Positions 37,801-50,375 of a stretch of 64,000 nt of DNA are shown one piece after another. Numbering within the stretch: position 1 is the first letter of the stretch; the number at the start of each line of letters is the position of its first letter. Under the pieces are notes generated by a model. The model saw only the letters and a list, made by a program, of their open reading frames with translations. It did no database searches and had not been told where the DNA came from. A program made the translations under genes and the position numbers. Location: the NCBI RefSeq assembly GCF_964204645.1, contig NC_134033.1, forward strand, positions 3,740,131 through 3,804,130, given 5' to 3'. This DNA comes from Tubulanus polymorphus (taxonomy: Eukaryota; Animalia; Nemertea).

Positions 37801-38804
37801 TTTATCAGCACACTTTCAAAAACTGATCCTCCACACTTCACATGTGTTCAGTGCTTCACCTGAGAGATTTTTAATCGAAAATGAACTACAAACACCAGAT
37901 ATTAGACATTTTATCAGCACACTTTCAAAAACTGATCGTCCACACTTCACATGTGTTCAGTGCTTCACCCGAGACATTTTTAATTGAAAATGAACTACAA
38001 ACACCAGATATTAGACATTTTATCAGCACACTTTCAAAAACTGATCGTCCACACTTCACATGTGTTCAGTACTTCACCCGAGAAATTTTTATTGAAAACG
38101 AACTACAAACACCAGATATTAGACATTTTATCAGCACACTTTCAAAAACTGATAGTCCACCATTTAGACTACAGTAGGGTGAACTAAGGTTTCAATCCAA
38201 CACTGCAATGTTTAATTGATTACCTGTAATCCTGTTTTGATGTTGATCACGTCGACCGTCATTAAAATCGTCTCCTCCGATTCGTATTCATTCTGATCCT
38301 CGAAATATCTCAATTCGCCGTTCCCGTACAGAACGAACCATTTACGCTTCCAACGTTTCAAAATAGAACCTGAAAATAGAACGCGTGAGAAGAACCATCA
38401 TCACAATCGAGTTCAATCGTGGTCTTAGAATTCCAAGACTCTGCAGGTCTTTATCCCTCTCAGCGCGTCTACACCGCAGTGCAGTGTATAAATCGGTGAT
38501 GGATTTTGCTAGTACACGCACAGCGGTGTATTGATGTAATTAGTAATTAGTTTTTATCTCTATTGAAAGATGCTAGCACCTGTCAAACATAGTGAAATAT
38601 TAGTAACTAACGATTTACCACGCCAGGGTGTAGACGCACTAGTGGTTTCCCTGTTATTGAACACACTAGGGTGGAATTTTTAAAAATTTAAAAAAATTAT
38701 CTCCAGCACTATAGGGTATTGATTAGTCAGCACTGAAAGGGTTAAGTGTAATGCTTACTCTGTCTGTAGAGCCAATCGGCCTTCACAATTTCAAAGTTAG
38801 ACAT
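34858..38804 (-). CDS. PLEKHB2: Evectin / pleckstrin homology domain-containing family B protein (PLEKHB1/2 co-orthologue)
   Basis: In-frame exons 38804-38759, 38369-38224, 37575-37466, 37389-37208, 35006-34858. PH domain VKADWLYRQSSILKRWKRKWFVLYGNGELRYFEDQ...NLCADSLDDMSAWQFSLEQAR, a PPPY motif, and the C-terminal anchor DDGTDLAMGVVAGAALTSMMWSPFLFW, as in evectins. Confidence 0.88.
36510..37190. repeat. Degenerate intronic AT-rich tandem repeat
   Basis: Recurrent ctaatcataattttactgaat...gtcattgagaatga units. Confidence 0.75.
37603..38160. repeat. ~109-bp tandem satellite (PLEKHB intron)
   Basis: About 5 near-identical units, the same family as 5194-5672. Confidence 0.9.
38455..38741. mobile_element. 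piggyBac-like non-autonomous element
   Basis: CCCTCTCAGCGC...GCACTGAAAGGG followed by TTAA. Homologous to the copies at 9493 and 41504. Confidence 0.8.
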
Positions 38805-39258
38805 CGCCTGAAAATGAAAGCAGCGAAAGTGAAACAAACCCGCGCCGACAAATGACTCACGATCACCTGCAAAATCTGTCAATAATAGTCATCTTCCATC
38901 ATTCGAAAAGTGCTGACGATTAAAATATAGCATAACAGCGCCTTATAAATATATCTTGAGAATCGTCATCGCTTAATCTTTGATTTGAATATCGAATTGT
39001 TAAAAATTACCGTTTATTTTGACCGTTTTTGATGAATTTTAGCAGCGAAACGTCGTCGAATTTCGATGTGTAGATTCGACACTTCCGTGTTTATGTCAAA
39101 AATGACGTCATTGCTATTTACAGGCTATTCGCGCACGCGCACTAGCTAGGATATCCCTACTAGCTAGGATATCCCTAAGGAATTCCGATGCATACGTCGC
39201 ACGCACTGACTTACCCCAGGATATTCCGAAACGCGTCACGCGCACTGACTAGGATAAC

Positions 39259-39801
39259 TACGGAAGCCCCTAGGTGACATACGAGAAATTTTTTCCACAA
39301 TTTCGACTTATTAAGTCGAATTTTGACATAATAAGTCGAATTTCAACTTAATCATTCGAATTTCGACTTAATAAGTCGAATTTCAACTTAATGAGTCGAA
39401 TTTCGACATAATAAGTCGAATTTCGTGTTAATTAAGTCGAAATTCGACATGAAAATAATACTCGAAATTCGACTTAGTTAACACGAAATTCGACTTATTA
39501 TGTCGAAATTCGACATAATAAGTCGAATTTCGACATAATAAGTCGAATTTCGTGTTAATTAAGTCGAATTTCGACTTAATAAGTCGAAATTCGACATGAA
39601 AATAACTCGAAATTCGACTTAATTAACACGAAATTCGACTTATTATGTCGAAATTCGACTTATTTTCATGTCGAAATTCGACTTATTATGTCGAAATTCG
39701 ACTTATTTTCATGTCGAAATTCGACTTATTATGTCGAAATTCGACTTAATAAGTCGAAATTGTGAAAAAAATTTCTCGTATGTCACCTAGGGGCTTCCGT
39801 A
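39259..39801. mobile_element. IS3EU-like non-autonomous foldback element (543 bp)
   Basis: Near-perfect long TIRs TACGGAAGCCCCTAGGTGACATACGAGAAATTTTTT..., a 6-bp TSD GATAAC (39253-39258 / 39802-39807), and an interior of ~19-20-bp aagtcgaaattcgactt units in both orientations. Confidence 0.88.
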
Positions 39802-41252
39802 GATAACCCTAAGGAAGCCCGTCATACGTCACGCTACTGACCAAGGAATCCCGAGAACGTTGAAATCAACCCTGGGAAATCCAGGAATTACCAAACAAGA
39901 TCACCGTGTCGACCAATCAGCGTCGTTGAATTATGTTCACGTGCGTCCCAGTTATAATCAAAACATTGTTGTTTTCAGTTTAGTGCAGTAGTACTGTTAC
40001 TTACACGGCGTGCTGTTGTTTATCTGTTACAGAGAGAGAGAGAGGGAGATAGAGAGAGATCATAGAGAGAGGCTTGTCAGCGTGAAAGGAAAATACACTA
40101 CCATTTTCCGTGTATTCGTGACACCACAAGTCAGGTGTGAGGTTATAATAGAGTCAAGACAGACATTATTGCGTGAGGTAAGAAGAAACTTCAAATACAT
40201 TTTTACTAACCAACCTGACCATATGCGCTAAACTCACTGAAAAATTCCAAAACTTCAATTTTTGAAGTACATGTACTGTAGAGGCCTAAACAGTTTATTT
40301 TTTCCTATCGGTTGTTGGCGGTGGTGTAGGCCTATTTTGGGGTGGTAAGTGTGGGGGTGAGGATGTGTGTGTGTGGGCCAGGGGGGGGGGGGGGTAAGTG
40401 TGGTTGGGAATAGGCCAGAGGCCTTTTCGAAACGGTCTCTTCTTACCTTTTCTTCTTTTGGTGGGACACAATCAAAGAAAGGTGACAAACTACCACGATC
40501 CGCAGTGGATACTGGGACGTATCACTACAGATTACAGATAGGCCTACAGATTTAATTTAAGATCTGTCAAAGCCGAGGTTCGTACTTTGGGAAATGAACT
40601 CCAGGCTTAGTTAGAACTTACCTAATCGTGGTGGTAAGCTTATAATATAAGCTTATTTAATCGGATGGGCTTTTTGTGAAAATATCCGATCGGGCCTACT
40701 AGCCTACCAGTCGATCCTCGCTTGCAAGGGTTTCATTGCTTCGCGCTGAAGTTCGTGTCAACGTAAACACTGGCTGCGGACCCTTCACCGGTCTATTACA
40801 CCGTCCAAAATTTTTGGGGCTTAATAGACAAATTAGAGACTGCGGCCAGGGTTTACAAAAAGCTTCAACAGTCGGCAATCTGACTACTGCCCTACAAGGG
40901 TCGTTATTGGCTTCCGAAACTGTGGGACCAGGTATTATCATTAAGAGCCAAGGGGGGGGGGGTAAATTTCATTTTTGGCGGGCGATGAATTAAGGCCTAT
41001 AGAAACCTGGGCTTGGTTTCACGGACTGGTATCAAACTTATCCCTAGGGGTAACTCCTAAATCTGAGTAACAACCACAGTAACAACGAGAAACCATGGTT
41101 AAAAACTGACAAATTTCGAAATGTTCCCAGGGACTAGTTGGCTTCGGCATCTATGAAACCGAGTCCTGATGACGTGTTCCTCTCTGTCTTCCTCTCCCGA
41201 GAGAAATGGTAATCTTCGAATTATGACATTTTTCCGTTTCAGATGTTAAAAC

Positions 41253-44200
41253 ATGGCTAGGCGTGAATCGATTACGATGATGATTACCGCTATTGTTGTC
41301 GTCGCCGCGGCGATGACGGTCGGTCGGGTGACGGGCGCGTGCCCGGCGGCGTGTTCGTGCGACCCCGCGACGGGACTCTACGACTGCCGCGACGCGAACC
41401 TACGGGGAATTCCGACCAGACTGCCGAACCCGGGCAGCGTCAAACAGCTTCTACTGAGCGGAAATAAAATCGAGGTACGAAATATGGATTGGTTGGACTT
41501 TAACCCTTTCAGCGCGTCTACACCGCAGTGCGGTGTATAAATCAGTGATAGATTTTTGCTAGTACACCGCAGTGCAAAAATCGATGAAGTATTGATGTAA
41601 TTAGTAATTATTTCTATTGGAAGATGGCAGCACCTGTTAAACATAGTATAATACTAGTAACTAACGATACATCGCACCGCGGTGTAGACGCACTATAGAG
41701 GTATTCCCGTTATTCAACACACTAGGCTGGAATTTTTGAAAATTTTCAAATTATCTTCAGCACTATAGGGTATTAATTAGCCAGCACTGAAAGGGTTAAC
41801 CTGGGACAGATTGCATGAACGCGGCTGCAGTGCGAAAATGGTCCTATCCTAAACCTTGAGATAGATTTTTGCTAGTACACCGCAGTGCAAAAATCGATGA
41901 AGTATTGATGTAATTAGTAATTATTTCTATTGGAAGATGGCAGCACCTGTTAAACATAGTATAATACTAGTAACTAACGATACATCGCACCGCGGTGTAG
42001 ACGCACTATAGAGGTATTCCCGTTATTCAACACACTAGGCTGGAATTTTTGAAAATTTTCAAATTATCTTCAGCACTATAGGGTATTAATTAGCCAGCAC
42101 TGAAAGGGTTAACCTGGGACAGATTGCATGAACGCGGCTGCAGTGCAAAAATGGTCCTATCCTAAACCTTGAGACTGTGCTTAACTAAAGAACTAAGATG
42201 GCCTTAGATTGGTCTTAAATCTAAGCGATGACTATGGGACTGGATCCTAAAATCCCAGTTGACTGTCAGTCATGACTTATAGTTGTGGTGATCCTAAATT
42301 TTATGACTTGTCTTAAGTTGTTGAGATTTGCGTGTTTTCTGCAAGGTTTCAACAATCAACGTAGATGAGTTCATATACGACTGAATATTCCATATCATTT
42401 AGTAAAAAAATGCAAAGAATATATCTTTTCTAGAGAAGCTTTCTGTACTAGGGGTATTTTGTTGGTTATTGAACCAAAATTTGAAAAATTAGCATCTAGA
42501 CTGGTATTAAGTTGTCAGATTGGCTAAAGAACCAAAATTCGCTATAGAACCTGGGGCCGGTTGCATAGTCATGGCTTATAGGCCTACTTAAGACCAGTCT
42601 AAAACCAACTTAGTTCTATAGCCAATCTAACAAGTTAAGACCAGTCTTAAGATTGAAGACCACTTTTGGACTTAAGTCACGACTGTGCAACTGTCCCCAG
42701 AGTTTCGACTGGTCTTAGGTTGATAGGTTATAAAACCGAAATGAGCTCTTAGACTGACTGATCTTCAAAATTGTTTGATTTGCTGAGAAACCGATGCGGT
42801 CGAACCAAAAGATTTCTCCATATTCGCCTGTAGCAGATTCTCTCTGGGAATTTTGTGTTACACATAGGCCTACTATAACATGGAAAAAGACCGGGGAAAA
42901 CTCGTGGAATTTGTAAATGGCGGATAGTGGCAGCGCCCTCTAGGCCTACGGGACCTAGTTTCTCTAAGAATGATTTAATTCAGGGAATACAAAGGGTCCA
43001 ATTTAGATTTCTTCATTACTTCAGTTTACGTTAATTCCATTAAACCCTTTTCTTGAGCAATCGGGACCGTTTTATGGAAAACCTTTTCGATGAATTATTT
43101 CACATTCTTTCGACAGATTTATTGATATTTAATGTGTCATTGTTCCTAGAATTCGGGAACAAAAGAAAAACCGGCCAGGGTCGAAAAATGGTTGGAATAG
43201 AAATCGCGCTATTTTCGGCGACCCGGTTTTAAAAGGACACCGATGACCCACTCGTCCACGAAACCGTGAACAAAACTATCACGACTCTTGCACACGCGGC
43301 CCCCACGCGCGCAAATCTTATTGTTGTTTTGAAGAAATCATTTTCGAGCAATTCATGACTGTTCTATTCATTAAAAGGCAATTGACCCGAAATCGCGTTC
43401 GATATTGTTTAACTTTCAATGGAAAAAGACCTTCGTAATTGAAACGTGTCTTTTGAAGAAATATAAGATGAGCAAAATTTTCAGTTTGGAAAGATCTCGC
43501 CAGGTCTTTTCCGTGTCAGGGTCTCTCGAAACGCGTGATCTAATCTCTGAAAGCTAATTTGTCGCGTTCTTTGTTAAAAACACCACCGGTTCCACACTAA
43601 AAAGAGATTTGTTGAAATGTGTTCGTTTTCATTTACTGTTAGTATTAATGTTTGTCATATTAACCCGTGTGAACTTGAAGGAACAAAAACCATCAAATTC
43701 TGAGTTTTAGCCGTTTGCCTCAAACGTACCGCTCAAATTCTGAAAAAGTGCTTTCGAAAATCTTTTTAATCACATATTTCCTTTCTGAAGAACAATTCAT
43801 TTCATAACGCTACGATTTTCACAACAAGGTGACGATTCCGATTTCATGGGTTCACCCAGCTTCAAACAATCCTAGATCCGTCCTTGTATTTTATCCAGCA
43901 TTTTAGAAACAATGACTTGAAGTTTATAGTCCATCTTAAAATCTTAAAAACCCTCGAATTTTGATGGTTATGTCATAATAATGATAATTATTAGTGTTAT
44001 TTATGTAGCGCAGGTATCTCAACCAGGAGTGAAGTGAAGTTTATTTAGACACAAAAGTACAGAGGAGAATACAAATACGCAAAAATATAAATCAGTCATT
44101 AATGTACAGAAATGTGTCAAGGATTCATCCCAAGCCAAACAAGGCTGCACTCAGAAAGGGGATGAACCCTGAAAACTAATAATGAGAAAAAAAAGAAAAA

Positions 44201-46176
44201 TTATATAGATGATGATATATACATAATTTTGATAAATCAGATCCTTACAATGATGATAATTGAGTCCGTCTGTTTAAATGCGCTGCAAATTTGGTATTAA
44301 TTACCCCCAACCCATAACTCTATTCTTGTATCAGTCATCTCTGCCTGGGTAGAAGTAACATCTGAACAGCTGCTAGACGCTTTGGAGTCGTCTATCAGAC
44401 CAGGTACTCATTTACTTCTGGGGCCTTTTGCAGAGTGATGGCTTAGACTTAAGACCAGTCTAAGACCAACTTAGTTTTATAGCCAATCTAACAACTTAAG
44501 ACCAGTCTTAAGATTTAAGACCACTTTTGGACTTACGGTAAGTCACAACTGTGCAACTGGCCCCTGGGTGGGCTGAGGCAATTAGGAGCCTATAGACCGG
44601 GGACATTATTGTAATATACGGGGATCGAACCCATGACCTGGCTTCCCATGAACGCTCTACCACTCGGCCACACCGCTCGTTATATACCCCCAAAGCCCCT
44701 CGAATACCCCTAGAATACCCCTCGAATTCCGAAATCATTGATCTGTACGAGAATTTTTCGATATATTTTCAGGTGGTCGCGTCGTTGGACATGTACCGCA
44801 ACTTGGTGCACCTCGATCTGGCGAACAACCGGTTAGAAGTGATCGAAGCGGGCGCGTTCGCCGGCGCCGCCGACCTGCGCATGCTGTCGCTAGCCAACAA
44901 CCGCATATCGGTCGTCGACCGGCGCATGTTCCGCGGTTTGAAGAGTCTCGAGATCGTCGACCTGTCGAATAACGATATCGCGGAAATCAGCGACGAGGCG
45001 TTCGCCGATTGCGCCGGCTTGCTGAATCTCGACGCGTCGGGCAACGCGATCAAACGCGTCGCGCGCGCGGCGTTCGTCGGTCTCGACTCGTCGTTGAGCT
45101 ACCTCGACTTGTCGCGCAACCGGCTGACGGAGATTCCGACGAAATCGTTCGCCGAGTTGCGCATGTTGCGCGCGCTTCTACTCGAAAACAACGCCGTCCA
45201 GGTCGTGCGTTCGAACTCGTTCGACGGACTGGCGAAGTTGCGTAAATTGAGCCTGACGGGCAACGCGATCGTGACGATATCGGACGGCGCGTTTGCCGGC
45301 GCCAAGGCCCCCGTCGACCTGCGTTATCTGTCGCTGAAGGAGAATAAGTTGGCGCGAGTACCGACGACGGCGTTGGCGTCCGTACCGGCGCTGGAAGAGT
45401 TGGATCTGAGCGGTAACGCGTTCGAGGTCGTCGACCCCGATTCGTTCAAACCGTTCGATCGTCTGCGTCTGCTCCGCGCGAACGACTGCCCGCGTTTGAA
45501 GGTCGTGCGGAACTACGCGTTCTCCGAGTTGATACTGCTCGAGGAGTTGCAGCTCGGCGGTAACCGCGCGTTGGACACGTTGGAACCGCACGCGTTACTC
45601 GCGACGCCCTCGCTGAAGCGTTTGTTCCTCGCGCGCAACAAATTGTCGTCGGTGCCCGAGGAGCTGGCCGACTGGCGCCGATTGGACGTTCTCGACTTGC
45701 GGTACAACCCGTGGCGATGCGAGTGCGCGTCGCGCTGGATGGCCGACATGTTAAAATACGTGGCGCGTAACGCGACGCGGTTCTACGCCGACGAGGTCTA
45801 CTGCGTCGACGTCGGCGGGCAACACCGACGGATCGTCGACGCGCTTCCGCGGGATTTCGGCTGCCCGTTGTCGGCGGCGCAGCGGAACGATGACGCCGCC
45901 GCGGCCGCCAAAGACGAGTTCGACCATCGCATAATGTTCGGCATAATCGGCGCTACGAGTCTGGCGTTGGTCGTCGCATTTTTCGTCATTCTCTATAAAT
46001 TCAAAATCGACGTTTTCAAACGGTGTCGCGGACAGATGCGGTATAGACGACAGTCGAATCTGGAAACGGTCGTCACGATGACGTCAGCGGCCGCCGCCGC
46101 GACGGCGGCGGACTCGGAGCAGACGCCGATGAAAGTTCAAAACGGTATTTCGTCGTCCGGTGAGATTACGTCCTGA
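41253..46176 (+). CDS. Tartan/Capricious-like LRR single-pass membrane protein, 2 coding exons
   Basis: Exon 41253-41474 (signal peptide, LRRNT CPAACSCDP...C) splices in phase 0 to 44773-46176 (~13 LRRs, LRRCT NPWRCEC, TM IMFGIIGATSLALVVAFFVILY, short tail with no TIR, Ig or FN3 domain). Confidence 0.88.
41504..41795. mobile_element. piggyBac-like non-autonomous element with TTAA TSD
   Basis: TTAA-CCCTTTCAG...CTGAAAGGG-TTAA. Confidence 0.88.
41547..42174. repeat. 313-bp direct tandem duplication (partial MITE plus flank)
   Basis: The block starting at ~41547 is repeated almost identically starting at ~41860. Confidence 0.9.
42554..42697. mobile_element. Harbinger/Tourist-like palindromic MITE
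   Basis: CTG-GGGCCGGTTGCA...TGCAACTGTCCC-CAG. Relatives at ~44421-44563, ~4340-4550, ~22490-22610 and ~47685-47815. Confidence 0.75.
43975..44680 (-). mobile_element. tRNA-derived SINE with nested insertions
   Basis: Minus strand shows A box TGGCCGAGTGG, B box GGTTCGATCCC, a CACCCAG...GTAAATGAGTACC core split by a Harbinger MITE (CWG flanks), and a GCGCTACATAAAT-(AAT)n tail. Confidence 0.6.
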
Positions 46177-48019
46177 GATACTGATCATCGGTTTACGACG
46201 CGAGTATTTCTTCTCATTTCGGCCGCTTTCTCTCTCCGTCGAAATCGAGACCCTGGAAGCCTTCGATCTTCATTGTATATATTGAATATTACTTTTAAAC
46301 ATTAAGGGATACTGGCAGCGCTCACCCGCTGCAGCAGTATCAGGGCAGGGCCGCTAACAGGGGAAGCCCCCACAAATGTTGGAAAAGTGCCCTTTTTGCA
46401 AAATACTGTTTTATTTTATAGAACTATTCTTTTTCGGAAACCTTTGCCCCCTCCCCCCTCAAAAAAAGAAGAATTCAAATGCGAGGTATGGCTCTGCAGG
46501 GGCGGATCGAAGAAAATTGCAAGGTGGGGGTTCAACCCTGACTTAAACGAGAAAACTTAAGTTTAAAGTTTATCGGCGCCTTGAAAAAGTTAAGTAACTC
46601 ATGAGCGGCACTCGAGATCGTTTCGAAATATTCGATGGTTTTTCGCGCCATGCTCGTACTACTACTTTTACTACTGCTAGTTATTTATTGTCCCATGTTT
46701 GTCTATTTGTCAGGCAGACATTGGCAGACGTGCCGGTACTAGACGAGCGATATTATGATTTATTGCCTTGTTTTCGTACTTTTTAAACGCGCGAGCAGCT
46801 GATGACATTGTAACCCGTTTTCAATGTCGTATTTTCATACTTAACTATGTATTAATTATGTAATTTCGTGGCACCGCGAGGTCAAGGTCGGCGCTAATTA
46901 TGTATTTAATCGTCAACAGGATGTACGTCCTAAAACTGTCATTTCTCAAAGGCTGCTCGGGCGCAAAAATGTTCCTGAAATTTAAGCCTATTAACTTAAA
47001 AATGAAACAGATAAATTCTTTTCATTCTCATGAGAGGAGATTTCTTGGAATTTCGAAATATGTTTACTCTACTACTGATTTCTGGTGTTGTTCAAAACCG
47101 GTGTAAATCTTTGAGGTTGGAATTATGTTTACATAAAATGCGGATATTTTTCTAACTAACCGATTCGAATTGTACAGTAATGTTTTAGCGCCAACAATGT
47201 TTAACGTTGATTACAAACAATACGTGCTGGTTTTCAAGACAAGACGAAATTTGTCTTTTTCCATTACGGTAACAATTGTTTATGTTTTTAGTTCTTCGTC
47301 GATGGATGTTTTAAACTTAGAATGAATGTATGAAATGACCTATTTTTGTTTCGTGAAATGCTCAATATGTTGGTTAAAAAATGTCAAATGTGGCAGTTGT
47401 TTGTTCAAGTTAGGAACATGACTGCATTTATAATCGATAAAAATAGCAAGTTTGTGGTATGAAGAGAATTTACCTGATCAGTCAAAATGTGGAGAGTGTA
47501 GAGGGGTTTTTACCCAATTAGTTAAACGTAGTCAGTAGAGGCGTTTGCTTTGGAATCTCGTGGGACCCCTAGAGTACACAAATTCCAAGGTAGTCGAAGC
47601 AGGGATGGGTCATTGTTCGGGTCACGTGCTTCGTAGCAAGTCTCTCTGATATTAGCGCTACTCGGAGCTTCTTTGCGGAAAAGCCGGTTCCATAGTAAGG
47701 GCTTAGAATTAAGACCAGTATGAAGCCAACTTAGTTCTATAACCAATCTAACAACTTAAGACCAGTCTTAGAATTCAAGACCAGTTTCGTTCTTAAGTCC
47801 TGACCATGGAACCGCCCCACCCCTGATTTAGGCTAACAATGACATGATAAAGCGGTCAGTTACAACGTCTATCAAGGGCACATCTCGCTAAAAGGTGCTG
47901 AAAAGTTCAAACCATGTTACAAACCAAAATTATTATTTCTTTATGCTGATTTTCAACACGGGTCCCCTCAATGCTATATAAACCATCACAGGGCGTTGAA
48001 AATGAGCCACTTGTTACTT

Positions 48020-48507
48020 AAGGGGTCATTCATTTATTACGTACGCATTAGGGGAGGGGAAGGCGAACGTGCAATTGCGTACTGTAATGTTGAATGTATA
48101 TGAAAAAATGGTCGATTTTTTTATTCAAATTCTATGCGTACGTAATAAACGAATGATCCCTTATGAATGGCCCTCTGCTCAGGTTTTGCAGCACGTGTGA
48201 CATATCCTATGCCTTCCATGTATTATATATATTTGGTATATTCCACTAAACGGTTGACATTTTTTTATTGTCAAATAAGTATTATTTATTTCATTATGTC
48301 GCCATTACAGTATTATAAATTAGGTGCGATAGACTCCTCCTAAGGGATCTTTCATTTATTACGTATGCGTTAGGGGAGGGGGAGCGGTCAGTGCAATTGC
48401 GTACTGTAATGCTTAATGTACATATATGAAAAAGATGGCTGATTTTGTGTGCGGGCGGGGGTTTAAAAATTCAAATTTTATGTCTACGTAATAAATGAAT
48501 GCTCCCT
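48020..48507. mobile_element. Two copies of a Tourist-like MITE (~48020-48161 and ~48342-48507)
   Basis: TIR aggggtcattcatttattacgta / tacgtaataaacgaatgatccct with TAA/TTA-like flanks. Confidence 0.7.
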
Positions 48508-48769
48508 ACATAACTGGAATCAACTGGAACCAAGGATTTGTGTTTTACGCAGTGAAATTCGTTGTGATGGCTTTAAAATTTGCGTTCGATTTTAGGAGAT
48601 AATTTGACTTGAGAGCGTTTGAATCTAGTGGAGGGTGCAGTCGACAAAAACCTAAGATCCAGTGAGATTCGATATCATATCAAGTTCCATTGTGAATTAA
48701 CTGATTTGTGAATTTCTGGTGTGTTCTTAGTCCACTTGGGACTACAGTGCCAGTTGGGTAGGAAACATC

Positions 48770-49100
48770 CCTCACTGAGGATATCTTATAATTCAATCAG
48801 GGAATTTGAATTTTTGGTGTCATGTTGTTCTTGCTGGTGACGAGTGACACAAGGAACCTCTTGATAAGAAACAGCCTTCACTGAGGATATCTTATAATTT
48901 AATCAGGGAATTTGAATTTTTGGTGTCATGTTGTTCTTGCTAGTGACGAGTGACACAAGGAACCTCATGATAAGAAACAGCCCTCACCGAGGATATCTTA
49001 TAATTTAATCAAGGAATTTGAATTTTTGGTGTCATGTTGTTCTTGCTGGTGACAACTGACACAAGGAACCGCTTGATAATAAACAGCCCTCACTGAGGAT
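48770..49100. repeat. 106-bp tandem repeat, ~3 units
   Basis: cactgaggatat recurs at 106-bp spacing. Confidence 0.88.
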
Positions 49101-49399
49101 ATGTCGTAGGCCTAATTTAATCAGAGGGAATTTTGGTAAGTGTTTGGGGAAATATATCAGGCTGATATATTTTCCCGACCTCTGACCTGTATCCTGAGGA
49201 AAAGTGTAAAAATGTCAATTTTTGGCGAAAAAAATATGTTACAGTGTTAGTAATGTAGCATGTTTTTCACGGAAATCCAAAAGGTTTTGCATACACAGCT
49301 GGTCAGGCCTTCTGTGTCTATAGTTGTGGATTTCATGTCAACTTTTTTACAGCGGATATTGAAATAATTTTACTGAGGGATAAACAATTTCGAATTTGA

Positions 49400-49860
49400 C
49401 CCGCACAACACTGTGGGCCTGGGTCCAGAGTCAAATTAAACCCACACAACTGTGGAACTGGATCCGGAGTCGAATTAAGCCCACATAACTGTGGAACTGG
49501 ATCCAGAGTCATATTAAACCCGAACAACCGTGGAACTGGGTCTAGAGTCAAATTAAAGCCAAACAACTGTAGAACTGGATCCAGAGTCATATTAAACCCA
49601 CACAATTATTGGATTTTGATTTTTTTTCATATTTCTACGACATTCCCCTTTTTTTGGTAGAGCCTTTAGGCTTGGGGATGTCCTTTCAGGACCAGTGGAC
49701 ATCAAAGCAACATTTATAAAAAATCTTTTACATACATTGATAAACAAATATATTATTACAAGGCACAACTGTGAAACTGGATCCAGAGTCAAATTAAACC
49801 CACGTAACTGTGGAACTGGATCCAGAGTCAAATTAAACCCACGCAACTGCGGAACTGGAA
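49400..49860. repeat. 39-bp minisatellite interrupted by a ~150-bp insert
   Basis: Same unit as 6050-6550. Confidence 0.85.
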
Positions 49861-50245
49861 ATTAAGAGCTCTCAGATAAATGTACACTGTATGTCACAGA
49901 ATATGATAATACCGGTTGGATAGAAATATTTTTTTATGAAAAAAAAAATTACGTGACGTGTGTTGTTTGAACTATGATGAATGAATGAATGAATATTGTC
50001 TCTTTGCGCGCAGCTGTGCTGTTAGTACAGTGTTCTGATAATGTGTACAGTCGGATTTTCAATAAACGTTCTGTGCTATTCAACACGCTAAAACTACGTA
50101 TAACTATGTCGATCCTAGATAGACACAGCAAACCCCGCTTTATTCGGATATCAGTTTCATTAAGTCCGATTTAGTTCTAATCCCCTATATTATTGTTTTA
50201 AGATCCATCTTTGAAAAAATGAAATAAACGGTTGTTAAGTACGTA

Positions 50246-50375
50246 CAGCGGAACCTCGTTATAACGAATTCGGATACGACGAGAGTCGATATAACAAATA
50301 TATAGAATAAGAGTCCGTGGTTATAACGAACATATTTTCTGGTCCCGTGAAGTTCGTTGTAACGAGGTTCCACAG
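50246..50375. mobile_element. Tc1/mariner (pogo/Tigger-like) MITE
   Basis: TA-CAGCGGAACCTCGTTATAACGAA...TTCGTTGTAACGAGGTTCCACAG-TA. Degenerate relatives at ~25798-25930 and ~32856-32990. Confidence 0.7.

Noticed and set aside
44773-46176. Toll-like receptor assignment for the LRR gene
   Set aside because: The cytoplasmic tail is short and has no TIR domain.
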